64,000 bases of DNA from a bacterium UBP14_UBA6098 (GCA_002428525.1 DIWU01000003.1:16662-80661); one strand, 5' to 3'. Counted from the first letter of the stretch, positions 9,856-18,466 are shown. Numbers and translations: made by a program. Notes: a model not told the origin generated them from the letters alone.

Positions 9856-10110
9856 ATGAATCGTGAAAAGGTATTAAGCGAACTCGAAGAATTAGCTTCG
9901 CGGATAGGCATTACAATCCGTTACGAGAAGATGGGGACTATCTCCGGCGGTTTGTGTCGAATTCACGACGGCGAGGTGATACTTATCAACCGGCATCTCT
10001 CGACCGCGTCGAAGATCGAGCTTTTGGCGAAGGAGCTTATGCTTGAATCGGAGAAGCTCGAGGCCGTTTTCATCCTTCCCGAGATAAGGGACATCATCGG
10101 TCTATCGTGA
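9856..10110 (+). CDS. Hypothetical small protein (84 aa), translationally coupled to comEC
   Basis: ATG start after an AT-rich promoter-like region. Its stop TGA overlaps the GTG start of comEC (GTGA at 10107-10110). No recognisable domain; it is not ComEA-like (no HhH motif). Confidence 0.45.
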   Translation: MNREKVLSELEELASRIGITIRYEKMGTISGGLCRIHDGEVILINRHLSTASKIELLAKELMLESEKLEAVFILPEIRDIIGLS

Positions 10111-12554
10111 AACGGCGCGTTTTGCTCCCGATGCCGCTTTTATGGGTTTTCCTCGCATTAATTGTCGGTATTGCTTTCGCGTCGAGCTTTGGTTTTGATT
10201 CGCGGGTGAGCTTGACGCTTTTTTTGGGGCTTGGGGTTTTGGCGTTAGTTTCGTCTTCATTTGTGAAATCCCCAAATTTCCGTTTTATTCCTTCATTACT
10301 GCTACTAAGTGCGGTGGCCTCTTTCGGGGTCTTCAGATACTCGATCGTCAGCGCGGTGAGTTCCGAAGATATTGTGCGTTTGGTAGGTCGTCAGGTGCGG
10401 CTTTTCGGCTCGGTCGGCGAGGAAATTCAGGTGGAGGGCGAAAGGCAGAGGTTCGATCTCGAGGTAGATTCGGTCTCGATCGAGGGCGGGGTTTATACAG
10501 CGCGCGGAATTGCTCGAATTTATCTTTATCGCGCACGGACAGTGGATTTCGGCGATATTTTGGCTTTGGACTGCATACTCGAACAACCGCGCCCCGCGAC
10601 GAACCCTCACGGTTTCGATTTTCGTAAATCATTGGAACTCAAAGGGATAAAAACAATCGCCTTCGTTCGCGGAGACGACAACATCGCTATAATCGGAAAG
10701 AATACCGCGGGGCTATATCGGAGGCTGACCTGCGCGATTCGAGACCATGTCGAAAAAACAATAAAGCTAATTCCGGAATACGACGAAACCGCCTTGCTTC
10801 GAGGGCTTCTTCTCGGAAAGGGCGGAGAGCTTCCAACCCCTGTGCGAAGGGCCTTCGAGGACTCGGGAACCGTGCATATTCTCGCGGTGAGCGGCTTGCA
10901 TGTCGGCATCATCGCGGGGATTCTATGGCTTCTTTTCGGCAAGATAGTCAAGATGCCTAAGCCCTTGGCCGTTTGTTTGTGTATTCTCGGGCTTGCGCTT
11001 TATGCCGGTGTCGTCGGTGGAAGGCCCTCGGTTCTTCGCGCGGCGCTGATGTTCTCGATCATTCTTTTCGGCTCTGCCCTGAAGCGCCCCTCGAACCCGA
11101 TGAACTCGATCGGAGCGGCCGGCGCGACTCTGCTCGTCATCGAGCCGTTATGGCTTTTCGATATCGGCTTTCAGCTCAGCTTCGCGGCGACGCTCGGGAT
11201 TATATATCTTTTGCCCTACTTTGAGGAATGGCTTCCCGCGAGGCATGTTAAATCGGGGTTTTTACGGAAGTTCGTCCTCGGAGCGTTGGCCGTCTCGATA
11301 GCGGCGAATATCGGCACCGCGCCGTTTGTAGCGTTTGTTTTTCATAGACTTCAAACAATTTCCCCGCTGGCGAATATCTTCGTAGTGCCCTTCGTAGGCT
11401 CGATCATCGGTTACGGCATACTCGCATCGGTGTTATCGCTCTTTTGGGAAAACGGCGCGATATGGGTGCTTCAGTTCGACCGCCTGATCCTGCGGGTGAT
11501 TCTCGAAGCGGCATCGTTTTTCGCCACGACGAGGTTTTCGTATCTCCCCTTTCCAAGGCCGGCGATCGCCGCTTTCGGTTTGTATTATTTGTTTATTATC
11601 GCCCTTCCACCGATCCTATCGCGCCGAACAAAAGGCATCCTCGCAATCGGGATTTTCCTCACTGCGGCCGCCGCCTCGACATGGGCGATGTTCGAGATGT
11701 CCAGACAGAGGCTCGACTGCGACCTCCGAGTGACCTTCTTCGATATCGGCCAAGGGGACTGCGCGCTGATTGAATTCAAGGACGGCCGCAAAGCGATTAT
11801 CGACGGCGGCCCGCCGGATAACGCCGCCTTCGCTGTCCTCCCCTATCTCGAATCGAACTCGATCGCGAAAATCGACCTCGCAATCCTTTCACACCCGGAC
11901 GCCGACCACCTCGGCGGAATCGTAGATATCTTCGACGAGGTGCCCTACGATGCCCTCGCAGTCCCGCACAGAATAAGAACCAACGACCTTTACGGGCGCT
12001 TTCTCGATCGGCTCGATTCCCTCGAAGTTCCGATTACAATATATACAGCGGGGGACACAATCCCCGGCTTCCCAGAGCTGATCGCTATATGGCCGGATTC
12101 AACAGCCGTTTCACCCGCCGGCTCCCTGCTCGTCAATGTCAACGAGGCCTCGCTTGTAATACTGCTCGAGCTGGGCGAGGTGGAATTCTTGTTCTGCGGA
12201 GATATAGGCTTCCCCTCAGAGGCATATATCGAGGGCATCGAAGAGGAGATCGATATCCTCAAAGTCCCCCATCACGGCGGTAAATTCAGCTGTAGCCAAG
12301 GCCTCATCGAGACCGCGACACCCCTCGCATCGATAGTCTCGGTCGGAGCGAAAAACCGTTTCGGACACCCCTCCCCTCAAGTCTTAGATCGCTTGAATAA
12401 GTCCGGCTCGGAAACCTTCCGAACAGATATATCGGGTGCAATCACAATCGAGGTTCTCGGCGATTCGATATTCATCGAGACCTTCGACGGCAATACCCTC
12501 CGCTTCTCAGGCCTCGACCAACCCCTTCCGCGCCGAGATAGCCCGCAAATTTAA
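10107..12554 (+). CDS. comEC: DNA internalization-related competence protein ComEC/Rec2
   Basis: 815 aa. N-terminal DUF4131-like region, polytopic competence domain, and a C-terminal metallo-beta-lactamase fold with LSHPDADHLGG. Confidence 0.9.
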   Translation: MKRRVLLPMPLLWVFLALIVGIAFASSFGFDSRVSLTLFLGLGVLALVSSSFVKSPNFRFIPSLLLLSAVASFGVFRYSIVSAVSSEDIVRLVGRQVRLFGSVGEEIQVEGERQRFDLEVDSVSIEGGVYTARGIARIYLYRARTVDFGDILALDCILEQPRPATNPHGFDFRKSLELKGIKTIAFVRGDDNIAIIGKNTAGLYRRLTCAIRDHVEKTIKLIPEYDETALLRGLLLGKGGELPTPVRRAFEDSGTVHILAVSGLHVGIIAGILWLLFGKIVKMPKPLAVCLCILGLALYAGVVGGRPSVLRAALMFSIILFGSALKRPSNPMNSIGAAGATLLVIEPLWLFDIGFQLSFAATLGIIYLLPYFEEWLPARHVKSGFLRKFVLGALAVSIAANIGTAPFVAFVFHRLQTISPLANIFVVPFVGSIIGYGILASVLSLFWENGAIWVLQFDRLILRVILEAASFFATTRFSYLPFPRPAIAAFGLYYLFIIALPPILSRRTKGILAIGIFLTAAAASTWAMFEMSRQRLDCDLRVTFFDIGQGDCALIEFKDGRKAIIDGGPPDNAAFAVLPYLESNSIAKIDLAILSHPDADHLGGIVDIFDEVPYDALAVPHRIRTNDLYGRFLDRLDSLEVPITIYTAGDTIPGFPELIAIWPDSTAVSPAGSLLVNVNEASLVILLELGEVEFLFCGDIGFPSEAYIEGIEEEIDILKVPHHGGKFSCSQGLIETATPLASIVSVGAKNRFGHPSPQVLDRLNKSGSETFRTDISGAITIEVLGDSIFIETFDGNTLRFSGLDQPLPRRDSPQI

Positions 12555-12562
12555 CCCCGCCT

Positions 12563-12698
12563 CCGGGGCGTCGGGATATGCACCTCGGAAAAGCAGGCTT
12601 TTCCGAGGTGCATATCTCCGATAGGCCGGGCAAAGACTATCAATATTTATCGATTGTTCCTCCGGCCTATCGGCCCGCGCATGCGCGGCCGACGCCCC
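12563..12698 (+). repeat. Structured intergenic repeat, copy 2, same orientation as copy 1 and immediately after the comEC stop
   Basis: Shares CCGGGGCGTCGGGA...TCTCCGA(C/T)AGGCCGGGC...CTCCGGCCT(G/A)TCGGCCCGCGCATGCGCGGCCGACGCCCC with copy 1. The inner hairpin has a different sequence but remains self-complementary. Confidence 0.8.
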
Positions 12699-12782
12699 GG
12701 GGGCTTATGCTATTGACAAGTCCTATATCGAGAGATAAATTATAGGCTTACTAAACTCAATGGATAGGCTTAAAGGGGCGAC

Positions 12783-14066
12783 TTGGAGAAGGATATTAAG
12801 AAGACTGTTCTCTCGAATGGCATACGGGTATTGTCTTTGCCGCTGGCATCGAGGCGCGGCGCGGCTGTTGGTGTATGGATCGATGCGGGTAGCCGCGACG
12901 ATCCCGCAGGAAAGGCGGGCTTGAGCCATTTGGCCGAGCACATGTCTTTCAAGGGAACACCGACGCGTAGCGCTTTGGATATAGCCCGCGAGCTCGAGAG
13001 TATAAGCGCTTCGGAGGACGGCTACACCTCGCAGGAGGAGACTTGTTATTACTTGTATCTCCCGGGCGAGGAGATCGGCAGGGGGATGGAGATTTTGGGC
13101 GATATGGTCTCTCACGCCGCGATCGACGCGAAACTTTTCGAGCGCGAACTTTCGGTTGTTGCGAGCGAGATGAGCGATGTCGAGGACACCCCCTCGGAGA
13201 TCGCCCGCGACTATTTCGCGACGGCGATCTTCGGCGACCATTCGCTCGGCAAACCGATCTTGGGCTACCCCTCGACCTTGAAGGCCATATGTCGCGACGA
13301 TGTCGCCTCTTTTGTGAAGGGGCATTATGTCGCTCCGCGGATCATTCTCGCCGCAGTCGGAAATATCGACCACGAGGAGTTCTGCGACCTTACAACCCGC
13401 TTTTTCGATGTCAGCGGTGAAGGTTTACCGAAGGATCGTATCGCGCCTGCTCCAACGCCGACCGGAAAGCTTCACCTGATCGAGAAAAAAACCTCGCAAC
13501 TTTCGATCTATCTCGGTGGCAGGGCCTATCGCTTCGATGACCCGCGCAGATACAGCCTCGCCGTGTTCGACACAATACTCGGTCGAGGCGCTTCGAGCCT
13601 GCTCTTCAACCGCCTTCGCGAGGAGGAGGGAATCGGCTATCGAATCTTCTCCTTCGAGGAATACTTCGGAGACTGCGGACTTTGGGGCATCTACGCCAAT
13701 CTCGACCCCACGGATTTCGAGCGGTTTTTCGGGATAGTCGATTCGATTTTCGACGATATCGTCGAGGGAAGGGCCGTAAACGAGCGTTTCGAGGAGACGA
13801 TTCGCGGCTTGACAGGCATGGCCAAACTCGAAGGCGATTCAATAAGCCAGTTGTTGACCCGCTTGGTCGAGACCGAGCTTTACTGCGGCAGATATATCTC
13901 GCCGGAGGAAACCCTCTTCAAACTGGCCTCGATCAGGCCGGCCGATGTCATCGAGACCGCGCGGGAACTGCTCGATCGCCGCAAGATTACAGGCGTTTAC
14001 TACGGCAAATCAAAATCGCGAACCTTCCCCGAATGGCTCGCTCCGGTGAAGGGCGAATTGGCATGA
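12783..14066 (+). CDS. Zinc peptidase, M16 (insulinase/pitrilysin) family
   Basis: 427 aa. Inverted zinc-binding motif HLAEH (HxxEH) near the N-terminus. Two-lobed M16 architecture. TTG start. Confidence 0.85.
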   Translation: MEKDIKKTVLSNGIRVLSLPLASRRGAAVGVWIDAGSRDDPAGKAGLSHLAEHMSFKGTPTRSALDIARELESISASEDGYTSQEETCYYLYLPGEEIGRGMEILGDMVSHAAIDAKLFERELSVVASEMSDVEDTPSEIARDYFATAIFGDHSLGKPILGYPSTLKAICRDDVASFVKGHYVAPRIILAAVGNIDHEEFCDLTTRFFDVSGEGLPKDRIAPAPTPTGKLHLIEKKTSQLSIYLGGRAYRFDDPRRYSLAVFDTILGRGASSLLFNRLREEEGIGYRIFSFEEYFGDCGLWGIYANLDPTDFERFFGIVDSIFDDIVEGRAVNERFEETIRGLTGMAKLEGDSISQLLTRLVETELYCGRYISPEETLFKLASIRPADVIETARELLDRRKITGVYYGKSKSRTFPEWLAPVKGELA

Positions 14067-14509
14067 ATACTGCGCCAAAGGTTGAATATATAGTTGTCCG
14101 CGCGAATGCCGCCGAGCCTCGCTATATGAGCGCCGGCAGTGCGGGCGCCGATCTTTTCGCCTGCCTCGACGAGGCGATTATATTAGAACCGAAGGCCTTC
14201 GCGACAATTCCAACCGGAATCGCGATGGCTATCCCCGTGGGTTGGGAGGGCGAGGTCAGACCGAGAAGCGGTCTCGCGTCGCGCTTCGGAGTGACTGTTC
14301 TCAACGCCCCGGGGACGATCGACTCGGACTACCGCGGCGAGGTCAAGGTCATTTTGATAAATCACGGCCGAGTGCCATTAACGATAAACTCCGGCGACCG
14401 AATCGCGCAGATTCTTATAAAACCGGCGATTCGCGCAAATTACGTTGTTTCGAGCGAGCTGGACAAATCCGAACGCGGCGAGGGCGGCTTCGGCTCGACC
14501 GGCAAATAG
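14063..14509 (+). CDS. dut: dUTP diphosphatase (dUTPase)
   Basis: 148 aa beginning MNTAPKVEYIV... Motifs AGADL, RSGLA, GTIDSDYRGE and the C-terminal GGFGSTG are diagnostic. The ATG overlaps the M16 stop (ATGA). Confidence 0.9.
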   Translation: MNTAPKVEYIVVRANAAEPRYMSAGSAGADLFACLDEAIILEPKAFATIPTGIAMAIPVGWEGEVRPRSGLASRFGVTVLNAPGTIDSDYRGEVKVILINHGRVPLTINSGDRIAQILIKPAIRANYVVSSELDKSERGEGGFGSTGK

Positions 14510-14527
14510 CGCAAGTAGATAGGCAAA

Positions 14528-15742
14528 ATGCTCAACACACTTAAAAAAATCGCTTTCGAGCGCGTCGGTGGAACCGAGGAGGAACGCCGCGTTTTCGATA
14601 TCTTGGCCGAAGAGGTGCGCGCGCGCGGGATCGAGCCGACTCTCGAGGCCTTCGAGGTCGAGACCTTCCGCCGTGGCACCGGCGAAGTGACACTTCTAAA
14701 AGACACGCCGGTTCGCTTCAATGTCAATCCCATCGGCCTTTCCGGCTCGGCCGATCTCGATGCGGAATTCCGCTATATCGAGCCCTCGAACCTCCCCTTC
14801 GCCGAACCCTGCCCGGGACAAATCGTCATCCTGCCCGAGCGCGTCTCCTTCAAGCATTACGAGCAACTCGCGCGCATCGGGGCCGCGGGATTCATCGTCG
14901 TCAACCCCCCGGGACATAAGCCCGGATATCATTCGCTGAAAAAGAACTTCGCCTCCCGCTTCGGGAAGATTCCCGGCGCGGTCATCGGCTATGAGGCCGG
15001 CCTGAAACTCATCTCCAATGCTAAACATATGTTACATATGTCTTTACAGCAAGATGAGTTCGTCGGGGAAAGCCATAATCTGATCGCCACGATCGAAGGC
15101 GAAAGACCCGAAGGCGAGATCTTCGTCTGCGCCCATGCCGACAGTGTCGCCGGCTCCCCCGGCGCGGTGGACAACGGCGCCGGTTGCGTCGAGATGCTCG
15201 GCTTGATCGGCCACTTCGCCAAGAATCCCCCTCGCCGGACTATGCACTTTTGCTTCTTCGGAAGCGAGGAACTCGGCCTTTTGGGGAGTTACGCCTTCGT
15301 CGAACGCCACAAGGCCGAGCTCGACAAGATCGCGGTGGTCTTCAACCTCGATGTCGGCGGCGATATCTTCGGCGACAACAAGGCCCTCATCACCGGCGAT
15401 CAGGATTTAGCGAACTTCGTCGATAGCCATAACAAACTGCGCGGCATGGGTTTACACGTCACGCGCTCGATCTATTCGAGCGACAATATGCATTTCGCGC
15501 GCTACGGCATCCCCTCGATAAACTTCGCGCGTTCGGGCCTCGGCGCCTCGCTCGGCCATTCTATCGACGACGACCTGCGCAATGTCGATGAGCGCTCGCT
15601 TCGCTCCCTCGCCGAGATTGCCCTCGAGTTCGCAATAGTCACCGCAAACGCAATAGCCATGCCCTTCGAACGCAAAATCCCCAAAGATATTTCAGATGAG
15701 GTGACGAAATACTTCGGCGAAAGGTTCGGCATTGAGACGTAA
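14528..15742 (+). CDS. Zn-dependent aminopeptidase, M28 family
   Basis: 404 aa. M28 metal-binding region HADSVAGSPGAVDNGAGCVEML and downstream FGSEELGLLGS. Confidence 0.85.
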   Translation: MLNTLKKIAFERVGGTEEERRVFDILAEEVRARGIEPTLEAFEVETFRRGTGEVTLLKDTPVRFNVNPIGLSGSADLDAEFRYIEPSNLPFAEPCPGQIVILPERVSFKHYEQLARIGAAGFIVVNPPGHKPGYHSLKKNFASRFGKIPGAVIGYEAGLKLISNAKHMLHMSLQQDEFVGESHNLIATIEGERPEGEIFVCAHADSVAGSPGAVDNGAGCVEMLGLIGHFAKNPPRRTMHFCFFGSEELGLLGSYAFVERHKAELDKIAVVFNLDVGGDIFGDNKALITGDQDLANFVDSHNKLRGMGLHVTRSIYSSDNMHFARYGIPSINFARSGLGASLGHSIDDDLRNVDERSLRSLAEIALEFAIVTANAIAMPFERKIPKDISDEVTKYFGERFGIET

Positions 15743-17324
15743 GTTATTATCATTATTTATGTTATCCCTTTTCGTCGCCTCCGGTGTCGCGGTTGAAAAG
15801 TGCGGCCTGCCCGAGCTTATTATGTCGAAAGCACCGTTGACCCTTTCCCGGCCTATTCGCGAATGCTCTTACGACTCAGGGCATTTCCGCGTTTGGTTCG
15901 ACACGACCGGCGTCCATGCTATCCCCCTTCGCGACAGTCTCCCCGCCGACGGCGTGCCCGATTGGGCGCAATGGGCTACTGAATACCTTGAACGCGCCCG
16001 CGCCCTATTGGTAGATACTCTCGGCTACCGCCATCCGATCGCGGATTCGAGCACCTTTTCCGGCAGAACCGATGTCGGCGGCGATGACCGCACCGATATC
16101 TACTTCACCGATATGGAGTTCTACGGAATGACCTATCTCGATACGATGCTCGCCGGCGGTGTCGGGCCAGCATTCTTGACTATCGAGAACGATTATGAGG
16201 AAGCGAGTTTTCCAAATTACATCGGTCGCGAGGAACAAGCACTTGCTGTCACCTGCGCGCACGAGTTTTTCCATGCCATTCATTATGCCTATGGCAGTAA
16301 CAGTTCTTGGACATGGTGGATGGAGGCGACTGCAGTTTGGGCGGAGGAGCGGGTGTTTCCACATGTTAATGATTATTTAGCTTATCTTACTGCTTTTCAG
16401 GCCTCTCCTGAGGCCGGTTTAAATAACAATACGCCTTCCGGCAGGTTTTACGGCTCCTGTCTTTTTCCTATGTTCCTATCGGCAAACTACGGCGATTCGG
16501 CTATTTTCGAGATTTGGTCGAACATTCCGTCGAACAATGTATATCCTGCTATTTCATTATGGGCAAATGATTTAGGTATTAATCTAAAATCTCTTTACGG
16601 CAATTTCGCATTATGGAATCTTCTGGTTGATGATAATTACCGAGAATATGGTTACATCGATGCGCCTCTAATGCCTAAACCAAAGCTCACTCATCGCGAT
16701 TCACTGCCGGATAATCTCACCGCCGCGGGCGGTGCAGTCTATATTTCTCTACCAAAATATATTGATGGCGGCCTTTGGGCGGAATACTCGCCCGCAGATT
16801 CTATCTCGGCATTATTACATAGTATTTCATATACAGGTAATGATTTTTCAGATACTACTCTTAATATTTTTAATCGCCCCGACACAATCCCCGGAACATG
16901 GCGTTTCGATGGGGTTTACACTGTATTGGCCAATCTCGGAACTACACCGTCATCTTCGGCGAGGCTCGGGCAAATCCTTACAGGCCCTGCACCATCTGCT
17001 CGAGTCCCAATCCCCGACGATGTCCTCGATCGAACGCCTTATCCAAACCCATTCATTTACAGCGAAGCGGAAACGCTTTACATACCCTACACTTCTTCCG
17101 GTGAGTTCCCGATCCGCTTTTCCGTTTGGAATGTCGCAGGAGAGCTTATTTACGAGCGAGTCGATATGACTACATTTGGTTATCATCTAACAAAACGAGG
17201 AGCTCTCCCGTGGGTGCCGCAAAATTATACCGGCAAATCGCTTGCGAGTGGAGTTTATGTTTACATTTTGAGTATAGAAAATAATTCCTTTACAGGACGA
17301 TTCGCAATTATCAATGATAATTAA
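15732..17324 (+). CDS. Secreted zinc metalloprotease (HExxH) with T9SS C-terminal sorting domain
   Basis: 530 aa from a TTG start (alternative ATG at 15759). Signal peptide present. Motif TCAHEFFHAIHY (HExxH). C-terminus YPNPFIYSEAETLYIPYTSSGEFPIRFSVWNVAGELIYERVD...SGVYVYILSIENNSFTGRFAIIND is a T9SS CTD. The 3' half is anomalously low in GC. Confidence 0.75.
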   Translation: MRRKLLSLFMLSLFVASGVAVEKCGLPELIMSKAPLTLSRPIRECSYDSGHFRVWFDTTGVHAIPLRDSLPADGVPDWAQWATEYLERARALLVDTLGYRHPIADSSTFSGRTDVGGDDRTDIYFTDMEFYGMTYLDTMLAGGVGPAFLTIENDYEEASFPNYIGREEQALAVTCAHEFFHAIHYAYGSNSSWTWWMEATAVWAEERVFPHVNDYLAYLTAFQASPEAGLNNNTPSGRFYGSCLFPMFLSANYGDSAIFEIWSNIPSNNVYPAISLWANDLGINLKSLYGNFALWNLLVDDNYREYGYIDAPLMPKPKLTHRDSLPDNLTAAGGAVYISLPKYIDGGLWAEYSPADSISALLHSISYTGNDFSDTTLNIFNRPDTIPGTWRFDGVYTVLANLGTTPSSSARLGQILTGPAPSARVPIPDDVLDRTPYPNPFIYSEAETLYIPYTSSGEFPIRFSVWNVAGELIYERVDMTTFGYHLTKRGALPWVPQNYTGKSLASGVYVYILSIENNSFTGRFAIINDN

Positions 17325-17364
17325 TTGTTATCTTTTTGTAACAAGTGTTATCTTTTTATAACAC
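17325..17364 (+). promoter_or_regulatory. Two tandem palindromic operator-like sites upstream of the M42 peptidase gene
   Basis: TTGTTAtctttttgTAACAA (17325-17344) is immediately followed by GTGTTATctttttATAACAC (17345-17364) and then ATAACATAACG. These are near-identical 20-mers with 6-7-bp inverted arms, lying 60-100 bp upstream of the ATG at 17423. Confidence 0.35.
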
Positions 17365-17422
17365 ATAACATAACGCAATTTGAATTATATCTAATAAACT
17401 ACACTTAAAGAATGGAGTTATT

Positions 17423-18466
17423 ATGAATTGGCCGCTACTCATCGAGCTTTGCGATACACCCGGAGCGCCCGGGCATGAAGAAAGTATCGCGAAAATCGCT
17501 CACAGAGAGTTTTCAAAGTTCACGGATGATGTCACAATAGATTCTGTTGGAAATGTTATAGCGCACATCCACGGCGATGGCCTTAAAGTCGCTCTCGATG
17601 CGCATTCTGACGAAGTTGCCTTCATCGTCTCACATGTTGACAAAGAGGGTTTCATACGAGTTATTCCCTTGGGCGGAATCGACCCAAGAGTTTTCACTGC
17701 ACAACGAGTAGTCGTTCACGGCAAAACCTTACTACGCGGCGTTGTTGGCTCCATTCCGCCTCATCTAACCAAGGGCAAAGAGGCAGAACGCGACCGTTCG
17801 GTGCCGATCGAAGATTCCTTCATCGACACGGGACTTCCGGCCGCAAAAGTCCATGAATTGGTCAAAATCGGCGACATCGTGACATTCGACAGCCCGACCA
17901 CCGATATCGGCGAAGCCTTTATAGGCAAGGCTTTCGACGATCGCGCCGGTCTTTTCGCGATGATCGAGGCGGTTCGCTCCGCAAAAAGGATAGCCTGCGA
18001 CCTATTCCTCGTCGCGGCGGTGCAGGAGGAGCGCGGCCTTAGAGGCGCAGAGTGCGCGGCCTTTTCCGTCGCGCCTGATGTCGCGATCGCAATCGAAGGA
18101 ACCTTCGCCAACGATGTTCCCGGAACACCTACATACCAAAGGCTTGCCTGCCACGACCGCGGTCCGGAGCTTCGTATCGTCGATGGTCGCGTCATCGCAG
18201 ATCGCGGCCTCGTCGCATTCTTGGACGAGTTAGCCGCCGAACGCGAGATCCCTCACCAGCTCATCGTGAAATCGGCCGGAACGACTAACGCCACAGCGAT
18301 TCAGACCTCCCGCGGAGGGGTTCGCGTCGCGGCTGTCTCGATGCCGGTTCGATATATCCACAGCCCTACGGGCATAATAAAGAAAGGCGACATCGAGCAG
18401 TCTGTTAAGCTCATCGCCGCCTTCCTCGAAAACGCGGATAGGTTGCCGCCGAAGTCTATTTCCTGA
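17423..18466 (+). CDS. M42 family metallopeptidase (glutamyl aminopeptidase/FrvX-like)
   Basis: 347 aa. Similar across its length to M42 (cellulase-M/deblocking aminopeptidase) family members: ...GNVIAHIHGDG..., ...FDDRAG..., ...VQEERGLRGA... Confidence 0.9.
   Translation: MNWPLLIELCDTPGAPGHEESIAKIAHREFSKFTDDVTIDSVGNVIAHIHGDGLKVALDAHSDEVAFIVSHVDKEGFIRVIPLGGIDPRVFTAQRVVVHGKTLLRGVVGSIPPHLTKGKEAERDRSVPIEDSFIDTGLPAAKVHELVKIGDIVTFDSPTTDIGEAFIGKAFDDRAGLFAMIEAVRSAKRIACDLFLVAAVQEERGLRGAECAAFSVAPDVAIAIEGTFANDVPGTPTYQRLACHDRGPELRIVDGRVIADRGLVAFLDELAAEREIPHQLIVKSAGTTNATAIQTSRGGVRVAAVSMPVRYIHSPTGIIKKGDIEQSVKLIAAFLENADRLPPKSIS

Noticed and set aside
13682-14509. 275-aa ORF suggesting a long dUTPase fusion
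   Set aside because: Its 5' part overlaps the M16 peptidase gene in another frame and is Arg-rich. The dUTPase homology begins at the internal ATG 14063 (MNTAPK...), which overlaps the M16 stop.
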